DNA of 64,000 nt from an uncultured Methanosarcinales archaeon (GCA_964650285.1 CAZYSP010000004.1:354-64353); one strand, 5' to 3'; shown: positions 29,731 to 40,522, numbered from the stretch's first letter. Numbers and translations: made by a program. The notes: generated from the sequence alone by a model not told the origin.

Positions 29731-29792
29731 AAATTCTTTCCATATTGTAAACAATTAATTTCAACCATTTTCAAATTCTTTTCCATATTGTA
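29731..29792. repeat. Perfect 20-bp direct repeat with a 22-bp spacer
   Basis: AAATTCTTTCCATATTGTAA at 29731-29750 and 29773-29792. Confidence 0.9.
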
Positions 29793-29842
29793 ATTAAATA
29801 AAAACCCATAAATTTATAAAGAAAACAGTATTTTAGGGTATT

Positions 29843-31705
29843 ATGAACAACGAAAACAAATCAAATATTGAAAGAATAGTTCCAGACACATCTGTTATAA
29901 TAGAAGGATTGCTGTCTGACAAAATAAGCAAGAATGAAATTAAAGCAAATGAAATAATAATTCATGAAGCTGTTTTAGCAGAGCTGGAGCACCAGGCAAA
30001 TTTAGGCAAATCCATTGGTTTTGTTGGTTTAGAGGAGATTAAAAGAATAAAGGATATTGCAGCTAAGGATGGTTTTAAGTTTTCTTATATGGGTGATAGA
30101 CCAAGAGCAGCTGAAATAAGGCATGCTTCTTTGGGAGAAATAGATGCTTTAATCAGACAACTTGCTTATGATGAAGATGCCACCTTAATAACATCAGATA
30201 AAGTGCAGTCAGAAGTTGCTTTAGCCCGCGGTATAAAAGCAATTTATTTCAGAGGACCAGAAAGAGGCTTGAAAAAATTAAAGCTCGAAAGATTTTTTGA
30301 TGAAACAACTATGAGCGTTCATTTAAGAGAAAATGTAATGCCTTATGCAAAAAAGGGAATGCCTGGAAGCTGGGAATTTAAGGCTTTAAGGAAAGCTGTT
30401 TTAAAACAAGATGAGATACAAGAAATAACTACAGAATTAGTTGAAGAAGCTAAGCTAAGGAAAGATGGTTTTATTGAAATAGAAAGAGAAGGTTCCACAA
30501 TAATCCAGCTAGGAAAGTTTAGGATTGTTATGACTAAACCCCCTTTTTCAGATGGTTGGGAAATAACAGCAGTAAGACCAGTTAGGAGATTAAACTTAGA
30601 GGACTATAAATTAAATGAGAAACTTAAAAGAAGAATCTCAAAGCAGGCAGAAGGTGTTTTAGTTGCAGGTTCCCCAGGCATGGGTAAAACAACTTTTTCT
30701 CAAGCATTAGCTGAATTTTACGCTTCTCAAGATAAGATTGTAAAAACAGTTGAAGCTCCCAGAGATTTAATTTTACCTGATAAAATAACACAATATGCTA
30801 TAAGCCATGGAAGCTCTCAGGAAATTCATGATATATTGCTTTTGTCAAGACCCGATTATACCTTTTTTGATGAGATGAGAAACACTAATGACTTTAAATT
30901 GTTTGCAGATTTAAGGCTGGCAGGAGTTGGAATGATTGGTGTGGTGCATGCAACAAGCCCTATTGATGCTATACAGAGATTTCTTGGTAGAGTAGAAATG
31001 GGTGTTATTCCACAAGTGGTTGATACTGTTTTTTTCATTAAAGACGGATTTATTAACTGCGTTCTTTCATTAAAAATGACAGTTAAAGTTCCATCTGGAA
31101 TGACAGAAGCAGATTTAGCAAGGCCAGTAGTTGTGGTCAATGATTTTGAGACTGAAAAATTAGTTTACGAAATATACAGCTACGGCGAACAAACTGTAGT
31201 AGTTCCTGTACAGGAAACTAAAAAAGAAGCTAAAAAAGGAATTCATATGCTGGCAAAATTTGCAATAGAGGATGAGATAAGAAGATATTCAAGAAATGCA
31301 GAAGCTGAAGTAGTAAGTGACAATAAATGCATTGTTTATGTTCCTGAAAGGGATATTGCAAGAATCATAGGAAAACAAGGGAAAACAATAGAAATGATTG
31401 AAAAAAGCCTTGGAATGAGCATTGAAGTTAAAGAATTAGGAGAAAAAGGTTATGTAAAAGATAATACTGAAAACAAAGAACAAGTTGAGGTTCCTTACAA
31501 ATTAGAAATTGACGAGAAAAATATAAAACTTAATTTAGACATTAAGATGCAAAACAAAGACATTGATATTTACCTTAATAATGAGCTTTTAATGACAGCA
31601 AAAGCAGGTAAAACAGGATTAATAAAAGTAAAGAAAAATAACAATATAGGAAAGGTAATTCTTGATGCTGTTAATAGGGGAGAAAAGATAAGGTTAGTTA
31701 TCTAA
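29843..31705 (+). CDS. PIN-domain ATPase with KH domain (PINA-type)
   Basis: PDTSV PIN start, GSPGMGKT Walker A, DEMR Walker B, IARIIGKQGK KH motif. Confidence 0.92.
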   Translation: MNNENKSNIERIVPDTSVIIEGLLSDKISKNEIKANEIIIHEAVLAELEHQANLGKSIGFVGLEEIKRIKDIAAKDGFKFSYMGDRPRAAEIRHASLGEIDALIRQLAYDEDATLITSDKVQSEVALARGIKAIYFRGPERGLKKLKLERFFDETTMSVHLRENVMPYAKKGMPGSWEFKALRKAVLKQDEIQEITTELVEEAKLRKDGFIEIEREGSTIIQLGKFRIVMTKPPFSDGWEITAVRPVRRLNLEDYKLNEKLKRRISKQAEGVLVAGSPGMGKTTFSQALAEFYASQDKIVKTVEAPRDLILPDKITQYAISHGSSQEIHDILLLSRPDYTFFDEMRNTNDFKLFADLRLAGVGMIGVVHATSPIDAIQRFLGRVEMGVIPQVVDTVFFIKDGFINCVLSLKMTVKVPSGMTEADLARPVVVVNDFETEKLVYEIYSYGEQTVVVPVQETKKEAKKGIHMLAKFAIEDEIRRYSRNAEAEVVSDNKCIVYVPERDIARIIGKQGKTIEMIEKSLGMSIEVKELGEKGYVKDNTENKEQVEVPYKLEIDEKNIKLNLDIKMQNKDIDIYLNNELLMTAKAGKTGLIKVKKNNNIGKVILDAVNRGEKIRLVI

Positions 31706-31706
31706 T

Positions 31707-32303
31707 ATGATTTTCGAACAGATTCCAGTAGGAATTATGCAGAATTTTTCCTATATAATTGGAGATGAAAAAAGCAAAATAGCAGCAGTAGTTGACCCTG
31801 GCTGGCAGGTAAATAAGATTTTGGAAATTGCAGAAAAACATAAATTAAACATTAAAATGATTTTAATGACACATACGCATCATGATCATGCCAATGGTGT
31901 TAAAAGCATTGCAGATGCTACAGACGCAACAGTATATGTCCATAAGGAAGAAATAAACGAAATCAAGAAATTAGGAATTGATAAAATTAAAGCAATAAAG
32001 GATAATGATGAAATTAAAATTGGAAAAATAAAAATCAAAGTTATTCATACACCTGGGCATACCCCTGGTAGTGTTTGTTTTTTAATTAATAATAAAAAAT
32101 TGATAACTGGTGACACATTATTTGTTGAAAACATTGGTCGCGTTGACTTACCAGAAGGAGATGCAAAAAATATGGCTAACAGCTTAAAGAAATTAAAAAA
32201 ATTAAATGACAACATTGAGGTTTATCCAGGCCATGACTATGGCTCAAAACCAAGCTCTACAATTGGTTATGAAAAGAAGAATAATTATCATATGAGAGGT
32301 TAG
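31707..32303 (+). CDS. MBL-fold hydrolase (glyoxalase II-like)
   Basis: THTHHDH, HTPGHT, TGDTLF, PGH. Confidence 0.9.
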   Translation: MIFEQIPVGIMQNFSYIIGDEKSKIAAVVDPGWQVNKILEIAEKHKLNIKMILMTHTHHDHANGVKSIADATDATVYVHKEEINEIKKLGIDKIKAIKDNDEIKIGKIKIKVIHTPGHTPGSVCFLINNKKLITGDTLFVENIGRVDLPEGDAKNMANSLKKLKKLNDNIEVYPGHDYGSKPSSTIGYEKKNNYHMRG

Positions 32304-32346
32304 AAATAGAGTTTTTTAAACAAATTATCAATTTACTAAAAAGAAT

Positions 32347-32754
32347 CTAATTCGTTGTGGGTGTCACATACGGTGTTGCACTAACAGGTTGAATTAAGTA
32401 TCTGTCAATAGTTATCTCAATCTCACCTTTTGCATCTTCTAAATTCACATCTTTTAAACTTACGTTACTGACAATTTCAACCAATGCTTTGCGTGTATCC
32501 TCCCCTTTGAGCTCAGGATATCTCTTCTGGAAATCTCGACCTTGGAATCCAAACAATTCATCATCAGAATAGAATGAAATTCCTTTTTTTGGGATAATAT
32601 CTTTACCTATCTGTCTTAATTCAATATTCTGCCCTAGGTCCACTAATCTGTAATCTTCAGGATAATCTCTCAAGTCTAAATAAAATTCATCAAGACTTTC
32701 CGCTTCCGGAGGTAATGTCTCACCAATCATATCGATTAAATCTGAAAGTTCCAT
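32347..32754 (-). CDS. Hypothetical protein
   Basis: 135-aa ORF, acidic, no motif recognised. Confidence 0.6.
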   Translation of the reverse strand: MELSDLIDMIGETLPPEAESLDEFYLDLRDYPEDYRLVDLGQNIELRQIGKDIIPKKGISFYSDDELFGFQGRDFQKRYPELKGEDTRKALVEIVSNVSLKDVNLEDAKGEIEITIDRYLIQPVSATPYVTPTTN

Positions 32755-32798
32755 TTTTCTTTCAATAACGCAAATCCTTTTTAAATTCTTCTAAAAAA

Positions 32799-34058
32799 CT
32801 ATCTAACCAAACTCTTAGTTAACTCCAAACTGCATTCATCAAATTCATTCATCTGGCAGAAATTGTCTTTTATTTTATCAGCAACTTGCACACCACTAAA
32901 TTTAATTTTATTATTAATCAAAAATGCTGGAAAACTATTTATGCCAAGCTCCTTAACAATTTTAGCATCTTCATTATGCTTCTCAAAATCAACCTTCCCA
33001 TCAAATGCTCCTAAAAATTCCTGCAGGTTTTCTTCTGCTTTTGTGCTTGCACTTTGATCTTTTTTAACAAATAAATCAAGCTTATTAGGTATTTCTTCCC
33101 TTTCAATGTAGTAATTTGCATTTGCTACAGTGTTTTTCATTACATAACTACTATCAACTTTATCAAAAGCATTAAAGAATTTATAATAATTATAAGCTTG
33201 CTGTAAGCTTGAATTTAATATGTAAGCAGGCAAAGCAGTTATATCCAACTTTTCAGCAATTTCTTTGCCTTCTTCTGTTTCAAAATCTAAATTTTCCATA
33301 TCAACAGTAGGAAAAAAACCATTAAGTATAGATAAAACTCTTCCAGTGTCGCAGTTAAAGCAGTTTTTATTGTTTAAAACCATTAGTTTAACCTCAATAT
33401 CTTCAATATACTCACATTCTGAACTTTCTTTGCCAGGATTATTGCATTTCCCTATGCTTCCTTCTCTAACGCAGTCATTATCAGAACTGCAAGCTACTAA
33501 GCTCAATGCCTTATCACCCGATACATCAACACCCGACTCTGAAAAAAAGAAATACCATCCTATAAAACCTAAAATCACAATAATTGCAATATAGGTAAAT
33601 ATTTTCTTACTGTCTTTTTCCTCTTCAACTATAGTTACCCGCGGTTTTTCTTCTACTGGCTTTTCTTCCTTTTCAACCTCAGGTTTTCCCTCAACCTCTC
33701 CTAATTTTTTTTGTTTCTCTTCTTTTATTGATTCTTCTTCCTCATGCTCAACTTCTTTTTTAAGTGGCTCTTTCTCATCTACAGCATCTTTTTTTAACTC
33801 AACTTCTTTAATTTCTATTTTTTTTTCTTCCTTTTCAACCTCAGGTTCTCCCTCAACCTCTGGTTTTTCTTCCTTGACCTCTTCTTTAATTTCCTCCTTT
33901 TCCCTAACTTCTGGTTCTTTTTTTTGTTCCAGTTCATTTAATTTTGCATCAATTCTTTGCTTTGCATTTTCAAATTCTTCTTTTGTTATGACATTCAGCT
34001 CAAGACTTTCTTTCAGGAGCTTTAATTCCTCTCCCAGCTTTTCTTTTTCTGACAGCAT
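32799..34058 (-). CDS. Membrane-anchored protein: SHOCT-like N-terminus, acidic linker, TM, thioredoxin/DsbA-like domains
   Basis: LKLLKESLELNVITKEEFENAK; TM IFTYIAIIVILGFIGWYFFF; CFNC; FPAFLIN. Confidence 0.7.
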   Translation of the reverse strand: MLSEKEKLGEELKLLKESLELNVITKEEFENAKQRIDAKLNELEQKKEPEVREKEEIKEEVKEEKPEVEGEPEVEKEEKKIEIKEVELKKDAVDEKEPLKKEVEHEEEESIKEEKQKKLGEVEGKPEVEKEEKPVEEKPRVTIVEEEKDSKKIFTYIAIIVILGFIGWYFFFSESGVDVSGDKALSLVACSSDNDCVREGSIGKCNNPGKESSECEYIEDIEVKLMVLNNKNCFNCDTGRVLSILNGFFPTVDMENLDFETEEGKEIAEKLDITALPAYILNSSLQQAYNYYKFFNAFDKVDSSYVMKNTVANANYYIEREEIPNKLDLFVKKDQSASTKAEENLQEFLGAFDGKVDFEKHNEDAKIVKELGINSFPAFLINNKIKFSGVQVADKIKDNFCQMNEFDECSLELTKSLVR

Positions 34059-35051
34059 TTACCCACCTATTAATGTTTTCAATATAGCTTTGAACTCATC
34101 CTGCTCTTCAATACCCAATTTTCCAACACGCTTGTATTTACATCCCAAAACAGCAGTAGGGACAAGCTTATTTGGGCTGTATTTTTTGAATAATTCCACT
34201 TCTTCTTTAGGAACACCTTCCTCTTTTTTTGATGTTAACAAATCATCACCAGTATCAAGGCTCCAATGAAATGCCTCAATGCTTCCATCAAACTTCTCAA
34301 CCAAATTTTTAAAAACATCAATACTTTCATTGCAAACTTCGCAAAAACTTGTTGTATATAACCTTATAATTGGCTTCTCTTGATCACAAACTTCGTCATC
34401 AGTTTCTTCAAAACTTCTTAATACAAGCTTTTCAATATTCTCCGGAAATATTTCAATGTCAGAATTGTCTATTAAACTATCCATATATTCCTGAAAAGCA
34501 TCATCATTTTCATTAAAAAACAAACCTTTTTCTTCAATAAAACCAGTATTTGCTTTCTCCAAAAGCTTCATTATAACAGCCCTGGTTTCAAATGATTTTT
34601 TTACATCATCAATTGTAATGCCACTTGACCTTAAATCATTTTCAAACTCATCCAAAGTCAATCCACTCCCTATTATAAAAATCCCTAAAAGCTGTTCAAC
34701 ATCTTCTTCAGTTGCTTTTATGTTCTCTTTTTTAGCTTCCTGCACTAGAACTTCCTGTGGAATTAAGGATAATACCAGGAAATCCTGCTTTGTAACAACA
34801 TCCCTGTACTCAGGAATAACAGATGTCCTATACCACCAATCCAGTTCTTCTGTTGTTATTTTATCTCCATTCACAACAGCAACTACATCTTTATTGAAAG
34901 TAGGAATATTTACAAAATAAAATAAATATGCCACTACTGCAATAAAAACAAGAAAAATTCCGAGCACTATTCTATTTTCCTGCTTTTCTTTTGCTTTTTT
35001 GCGTTTTTTGTTAGAATTTTTAGGGGTTTTTTTCTTCATTTTATCATTCAT
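34059..35051 (-). CDS. SurA-N-terminal-like plus thioredoxin-like membrane protein
   Basis: VAVVNGDKIT...QEVLVQEAK; FCEVC; VPT. Confidence 0.72.
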   Translation of the reverse strand: MNDKMKKKTPKNSNKKRKKAKEKQENRIVLGIFLVFIAVVAYLFYFVNIPTFNKDVVAVVNGDKITTEELDWWYRTSVIPEYRDVVTKQDFLVLSLIPQEVLVQEAKKENIKATEEDVEQLLGIFIIGSGLTLDEFENDLRSSGITIDDVKKSFETRAVIMKLLEKANTGFIEEKGLFFNENDDAFQEYMDSLIDNSDIEIFPENIEKLVLRSFEETDDEVCDQEKPIIRLYTTSFCEVCNESIDVFKNLVEKFDGSIEAFHWSLDTGDDLLTSKKEEGVPKEEVELFKKYSPNKLVPTAVLGCKYKRVGKLGIEEQDEFKAILKTLIGG

Positions 35052-35324
35052 TACTGCTACAAAGTCTCTACCACCCCTTTTTTGAATATGGAGAATATAA
35101 TTGGTAAATAAAGCTTTCGGATTTTAGGCTATTGAGTATACTTTTAAGTTAATTTATTAAATATCAATATATTCACAAAAAATATGCCTTATTTCCTGGA
35201 CATTGTTAAAAAATTAGAATATAAATCAGATAAACAAAGAAGAAATATAATCATTAATTTTTTAAACACTATTATTGGAGAATAAGATAAAGTTTAAATA
35301 TTTCTTTACTGGCAACACTATAAA

Positions 35325-36434
35325 ATGGCAATAAAAAAGATAAGAGAAGCCCTGGAAAAAAGAAGGCAGAGAAAAGCAGAGGAAATTGTTGAAAAAAATA
35401 AGCTTGAAAGCTACAGGGAAAATGAGCAGATGCAGAAAGCAGAGCAAATAAAAAAAGAAGCTGACAGGTTAGCTCATTTAAAGCAATACAAGACCGCAAT
35501 TGATGAGTACAACAAGGCTTTGGAAATCTACCCCTTTGATGAAAAAGAACAAATATTCAAAAAGTCTGCTGAGTTCTTCTTTAAGCTTTACTACAACATT
35601 GCAGCATCGTACTCTTTCCTGAATAAATTTGACGAATCAATAGGATATTTTAACACTGCTTTGAAAATAGAAAATATCGACGATGAGAATAAAGTTAAAG
35701 CATTAATGAGCAAGGGAAACTGCTACTATCGAGCAAAACAACTTGTTAAGGGAGACTATGAGGAAGGAGCCTATAAAATAAGAATGGAATCTGATTTTGA
35801 TGTTGACGAGAAAACAATAGAAACATTTAGAAAACTTGATGAAAAAGAGGGCTTGTTTAAGCTGGCTCATAACTGCTTTACAAAAACAACAGAGCTCGAC
35901 AGGCACAATGCAGATGCGTGGTACAAAAAAGGCCATATGGAATTTTTAATGGACCAGATTAAGGAAGCAATGCTTTCTTTTGACAATGTATTTGAGCTGC
36001 AAAAAAACTATGAAAACAAGGAAGGCATAGAGCTTTTTGATGATATAAGGTCAGAAAAGGGGATAAAAGCCAAGCATTTGAAAGTTCTTGATAGTGATAT
36101 GAAGTTCAAGACAAAAACAGGGCATTATGTCAGGGATAAAGCTGAGAAGATGATTGCTAATTTTATTTATGACAACAATTTGATGTTTCAATACAACATA
36201 GCTGTTACATGGGCAGACAAGGATGATTTTAAAGCAACTTTTTTCATTCCAAAGCTTGATTTGTACATAGAGCACTTTAAATTTGATAAAATCAAAGACT
36301 ACCAGAAACTGATAAGGTGGAAGATAAAGCAGTATGAAAAGAACAAAAAGAAGCTTGTTTACACAACATCTGAAGACGAAGCAAATATAGAAGAAGCCTT
36401 AAAAATCAAGTTAAAACCCTATACTGTGTTGTAA
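35325..36434 (+). CDS. TPR-repeat protein with C-terminal restriction-endonuclease-like domain
   Basis: TPR patterns (AIDEYNKALEI, AWYKKGH); C-terminal VRDKAEKMIANF...LYIEH. Confidence 0.72.
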   Translation: MAIKKIREALEKRRQRKAEEIVEKNKLESYRENEQMQKAEQIKKEADRLAHLKQYKTAIDEYNKALEIYPFDEKEQIFKKSAEFFFKLYYNIAASYSFLNKFDESIGYFNTALKIENIDDENKVKALMSKGNCYYRAKQLVKGDYEEGAYKIRMESDFDVDEKTIETFRKLDEKEGLFKLAHNCFTKTTELDRHNADAWYKKGHMEFLMDQIKEAMLSFDNVFELQKNYENKEGIELFDDIRSEKGIKAKHLKVLDSDMKFKTKTGHYVRDKAEKMIANFIYDNNLMFQYNIAVTWADKDDFKATFFIPKLDLYIEHFKFDKIKDYQKLIRWKIKQYEKNKKKLVYTTSEDEANIEEALKIKLKPYTVL

Positions 36435-36485
36435 AATGACATTTGGATTTTGGTTTTTTCCTTTAAAGCATTATTTTTTATCCAC

Positions 36486-38021
36486 TCAACCCAACTTTAT
36501 TCCACTAAAATCCTTCTTTACTTTTTCTTTCTCTGAATTTTTTACAATATCTTCAAAATCAGGAATCTTAACTGGAATTGCAAACTTTGAGAAATTAGAG
36601 CTTATTAAAGCATCTCCAATGTCTAAAGATGCTATATTCCTGTCATCCTCACTCAAATCCTGGCTAGCAGATTCAATAATTGCAGTTCTTTCAGGTTTCA
36701 TTTCTATGCCCAAGATTATTTTAGTATTAATATTAGCTAAAATCTCTCTTGGTATTAAAGACGGCAGCTGGGTAATTGCTGTTAAGCCAACCTTAAATTT
36801 TCTTCCCTCACGAGCTATTGTTGAAAAAATATTTTGTCCGTGCTCCAGAGCCTCTTTTCCCAGAACCCTGGGAGCTTCTTCCAGAACAACAGAAATAACT
36901 GGTTTTTCATTTAAACTTCCATCCATTTTGTAGAATTTATAATTATTCAATAATTCTGTTGTAATTAAAGACCCAATTAAAATTTCAACTGAACCTGAGA
37001 AACTGGAAGTATCTATAATAACAGTCTTTCCATCTTCTAATTCTTTGCAGATGTCTGGTATTGTGTTGATTCCGGCATTTAAGTCAAAAATACCTTTGGT
37101 AATTATGTTTTCTCCGCCGATTTCCAAATCCAGTAAATACAATAATCTTCTTTTAACAACAGAGATTGTCTGCTCCATGAATGCGACTCCCTCCATTTTC
37201 CTTTCAAACAGGATACTTTTTATCCAGTTAGCGCCAAAATATTTGTAATATATTATCAAAGCCTGCTTTTGTGCATCAGAAAAATCCACAACACCATCAA
37301 AATGATGCGGCTTAATTGCACGCAAATTAATTTTAAGTGTTTTTGCACCTGCAGGCACATTTTTTGGTGTATAATAAACAACTTTTTCGCTTAAATTATG
37401 GTCTTTAAGCCCTGATTTATTCCTTCCATAGTATTCATCATGAGGATCTAAAACTAAAATTCCACAATATTCCTGATTAACCAGATTCCATAAAACATTT
37501 GCTATTAAATTGCTTTTTCCTTTTCCAGTTGTGCCAGAAATCAGAATATGATGGCTTAAAACCTTATTTCCTTCCAAATAAATAGGGACATCTAACATTT
37601 TGCTACCAGACCTTAGATTTCCAATAAATAAAGGATTTTGAGGCTTAGTTAAAAATGATAAATCATCTTTTTTTATTTCCCTTACTTCTGAGAAAAAAGA
37701 TGGCATTAATTTGCTTACAAAAGCGTTATTATTCTTAATTGTAACCAGATTTTTCAATCCAGCAAGCATATAATTCCTTAGGTTTTTATCAAAAAACTCT
37801 GTATCAGTATTTTCTTCTAGGTTCAAACCAGAAATCAATTCTAAATTTTGTTGTGATATTTGAGAACCATAAATCAAATCAAAAACCTGCATCAATATCT
37901 TATTATCTCCGGATTCTGAAATTAATAACTCTCCTAACTCTAACTTTTGGCCAGATTTCTGCCTAACTAGTATTTTTCCAAACTCTCCGCTGATTACCTG
38001 ACCTTTTGTTATAGGAACCAT
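36486..38021 (-). CDS. herA: HerA-family ATPase/DNA translocase
   Basis: [43 protein letters not shown]. Confidence 0.88.
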   Translation of the reverse strand: MVPITKGQVISGEFGKILVRQKSGQKLELGELLISESGDNKILMQVFDLIYGSQISQQNLELISGLNLEENTDTEFFDKNLRNYMLAGLKNLVTIKNNNAFVSKLMPSFFSEVREIKKDDLSFLTKPQNPLFIGNLRSGSKMLDVPIYLEGNKVLSHHILISGTTGKGKSNLIANVLWNLVNQEYCGILVLDPHDEYYGRNKSGLKDHNLSEKVVYYTPKNVPAGAKTLKINLRAIKPHHFDGVVDFSDAQKQALIIYYKYFGANWIKSILFERKMEGVAFMEQTISVVKRRLLYLLDLEIGGENIITKGIFDLNAGINTIPDICKELEDGKTVIIDTSSFSGSVEILIGSLITTELLNNYKFYKMDGSLNEKPVISVVLEEAPRVLGKEALEHGQNIFSTIAREGRKFKVGLTAITQLPSLIPREILANINTKIILGIEMKPERTAIIESASQDLSEDDRNIASLDIGDALISSNFSKFAIPVKIPDFEDIVKNSEKEKVKKDFSGIKLG

Positions 38022-38111
38022 CCAGATATAGAATTTTTAGAATGTATATAAGTTTTTCTAGATATACCCACTAAACAAAAACCTTTATAAAACCAAAATA
38101 CCTACTAGCTA

Positions 38112-38379
38112 TGGGCTAGGCTGGTGTACTGGTCCTACACTGTAACTCTAAACGGACCTTATGAGAGGGCTGAAGCCTGGAAAGAGGCATTTGCTTAGCT
38201 TAGTGGTCTTGATTTCAACGTTGAGGTTCTGTCCTCTTGGGCTGTATTTTTTGGAAATCAGTCAGGATGGGAACATAGCAGCTGTAACCTTTTGATATGG
38301 TGCTTAGGGGGTAGCGGAACTGAGGAGAAATCAAGGTAAGCTGCTTTGCTTTGCTTGTGTCCATTTCCAGGCGCGCCCA
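38112..38379 (+). ncRNA. Signal recognition particle RNA (apparently lacking helix 6)
   Basis: GGGCUAGGC 5' end, UGUAA Alu motif, GGUCC/GGACC loop-loop pairing, helix 5 arms CCUGGAAA/UUUCCAGG, helix 8 CAGG-AUG-GGAA-CAU-AGCAG; TATA at about 38085. Confidence 0.92.
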
Positions 38380-38421
38380 CTTATTTTTCTGATTAGGCAT
38401 TATAAAAATACAAAGAAAAAA

Positions 38422-38477
38422 GTCCTCAAAAATTCCAAAGGAATTTTTGGGACACCAAAAATCGCAAAGCGATTTTT
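38422..38477. repeat. Tandem mini-hairpins (REP-like / possible terminator)
   Basis: CAAAAATTCC-AAA-GGAATTTTTG and AAAAATCGC-AAA-GCGATTTTT between convergent SRP RNA and cupredoxin genes. Confidence 0.7.
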
Positions 38478-38493
38478 TGATGAAATAAAGAAT

Positions 38494-38916
38494 TTACTCA
38501 ACAGTTATCTTTCCGCCTACTACGCCATAGGCTATATTCTGCCAGTATTCATACTCTCCTGCTTCTGTAAATTCATGCTCGAATTTTTCTCCTGGCAGTA
38601 TCCTATTGCTGTTTGTATAAGCCTTGCCATCCTTGAATATTATTAAATATGCTGCTTTTTCATCGTCATTTATCCATGTTACTGCACTTCCTGCACTAAT
38701 TGTCAGCTCTGAGGGGTCAAAACCACCAGCTCCAACAGATCTTATCTCAGTTGATGTAACCTCTGCAACTTCTTCTGGTTCTGCAACAGCATCTCCGGTT
38801 CCCTCTGGCTCAACACTTGGTTCTGGCTCAGTTACAGGTGCTGGTTCAGCAGGCTGCTGAGCGCATGCACTCACAAATATCATCAAAACCAGAATTATTC
38901 CATAAAACAGCTTCAT
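38494..38916 (-). CDS. Cupredoxin-fold lipoprotein without type-1 copper ligands
   Basis: Lipobox VSAC; FDPSELTISAGSAVTWIN; C-terminal YEYWQNIAYG has no Cys/His/Met. Confidence 0.75.
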   Translation of the reverse strand: MKLFYGIILVLMIFVSACAQQPAEPAPVTEPEPSVEPEGTGDAVAEPEEVAEVTSTEIRSVGAGGFDPSELTISAGSAVTWINDDEKAAYLIIFKDGKAYTNSNRILPGEKFEHEFTEAGEYEYWQNIAYGVVGGKITVE

Positions 38917-38978
38917 TTTTACACCCCACATGTTTTTTATTAAATTTTATTTGTTTATTTTATTCTTAACATACCCAT

Positions 38979-39902
38979 TTAAATATTTTTGCTTTTTTCC
39001 AGTTGTAAAACATTTTTTACTGCAGCAATAGCAACCTCAATCTGCTTTTTATTGGGATTTTTAGTAGTAACTTTCTGCATAAGCAGTCCAGGCCATATAA
39101 ACATCTTCATAACAGCATTTTTCTCATATTTTGCGCTTAACTTCAGAAATTCATAAGAAATGCCTGCAATTAACGGCAGCAAGGAAAACCTGATTAAAAA
39201 TAAAATAGTCTTTCTTGGAAAAATGTGCATATTGGCAAGATTTGGAAACAGGTAAAGGACTATTGGCGTCAATATTGAAAAAACAAGTATACTTATAACC
39301 AAAACAATCATGATAAATGCAGTCCCGCATCTTGGATGCAATGTGCTGTATTTTTTCATATTCTTCACATCCAGCTTTTCTCCCTTTTCATAGCAATGTA
39401 CAGCCTTGTGCTCTGCACCGTGGTACCGAAATAAAACCTTAACATCTTTCATTAAGGAAATAGCATAAATATACAATAAAAACATTCCAATTCTTATTAT
39501 GCCGTCTATTAAATTAAAAAAGAATGGTTGCGTCTCTTCCTTAAAACCAATAATTAAAGTTAAAAAATAGGGCAAAGCCAGAAAAAGCAGCAATGCAAGA
39601 CTTACTGCAAAAACAATTGTAAAAGCCATTTCCCATTTGCTTATTTTTTCCTCTTTTTCTGTCGCTATCTGCTGCTCTGCTGACCACATTATAGACCTCA
39701 TCCCTAAAACCAGCATATCAATAAGATTGAAGAATCCCCTTACAATAGGAAGCTTGTAGAATCTGCCTTTTCTCTGCTTTATCTTTTCCTTTTTTGTTAT
39801 TATTTTCTTATTTTTCCTGACTGCAACAACATTATATTTAGGGCCTCTGATCATTATACCTTCTATCACAGCCTGTCCGCCAATGTTTAGTTTTTTGGGC
39901 AT
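38979..39902 (-). CDS. DUF1385 membrane protein
   Basis: IGGQAVIEG, YHGAEHK, HPRCGT. Confidence 0.9.
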   Translation of the reverse strand: MPKKLNIGGQAVIEGIMIRGPKYNVVAVRKNKKIITKKEKIKQRKGRFYKLPIVRGFFNLIDMLVLGMRSIMWSAEQQIATEKEEKISKWEMAFTIVFAVSLALLLFLALPYFLTLIIGFKEETQPFFFNLIDGIIRIGMFLLYIYAISLMKDVKVLFRYHGAEHKAVHCYEKGEKLDVKNMKKYSTLHPRCGTAFIMIVLVISILVFSILTPIVLYLFPNLANMHIFPRKTILFLIRFSLLPLIAGISYEFLKLSAKYEKNAVMKMFIWPGLLMQKVTTKNPNKKQIEVAIAAVKNVLQLEKSKNI

Positions 39903-40069
39903 TTTTTATGCAAAATATACTCTATTTATATTATTTGTTGTTTGGTTTTATTTTGATAATTATTTATATATTAAAAATTGTATTTTTTATTTATTGTACT
40001 CATTTTTTGAATTTATTGTTGTATTAAAGAACAAAAACTTAATAAGCAGCAAATATTGCACTATTTAAT

Positions 40070-40522
40070 ATGAAATGCCCTTACTGCAGTCATGAAGAAA
40101 CCCAGGTAATTGACTCAAGAGATACAGAGAATCTGGAAGCAACAAGGAGAAGAAGAGAATGTTCAAAATGCAAAAAACGCTTTACTACATATGAGCGTGT
40201 AGAAGAAGCCGATATTGTTGTTGTAAAAAAGGATGGAAAAAGAGAAAGATATGAAAGACAAAAATTAATTAATGGAATCCTAAAAGCTTGTGAAAAAAGG
40301 CCCATACCTCTGGAAAAGATAGAGAAGATTGTAGATGACGTTGAGTCTGATTTAAGAAAGCGCGATTCAGTTGAAGTTGGCAGCAAAACAATTGGAAAAA
40401 TAACAATGAGAAAACTTAAATCTTTGGATAAAGTTGCTTACATAAGATTTGCTTCTGTTTATTTGGAATTTGAAGATTTGACCAGGTTTGAAGAAGAACT
40501 GGATAAATTGCAGAAAAAATGA
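40070..40522 (+). CDS. nrdR: Transcriptional repressor NrdR
   Basis: MKCPYC...DSR...RRRREC..C..RFTTYE, ATP-cone, VAYIRFASVY. Confidence 0.96.
   Translation: MKCPYCSHEETQVIDSRDTENLEATRRRRECSKCKKRFTTYERVEEADIVVVKKDGKRERYERQKLINGILKACEKRPIPLEKIEKIVDDVESDLRKRDSVEVGSKTIGKITMRKLKSLDKVAYIRFASVYLEFEDLTRFEEELDKLQKK

Noticed and set aside
29731-29792. Mini CRISPR array
   Set aside because: Only two 20-bp units, non-palindromic, and no cas genes.
35184-35285. 33-aa ORF upstream of the TPR gene
   Set aside because: No SD or motif; within chance expectation.
38215-38400. 61-aa ORF on -
   Set aside because: Antisense to the SRP RNA.
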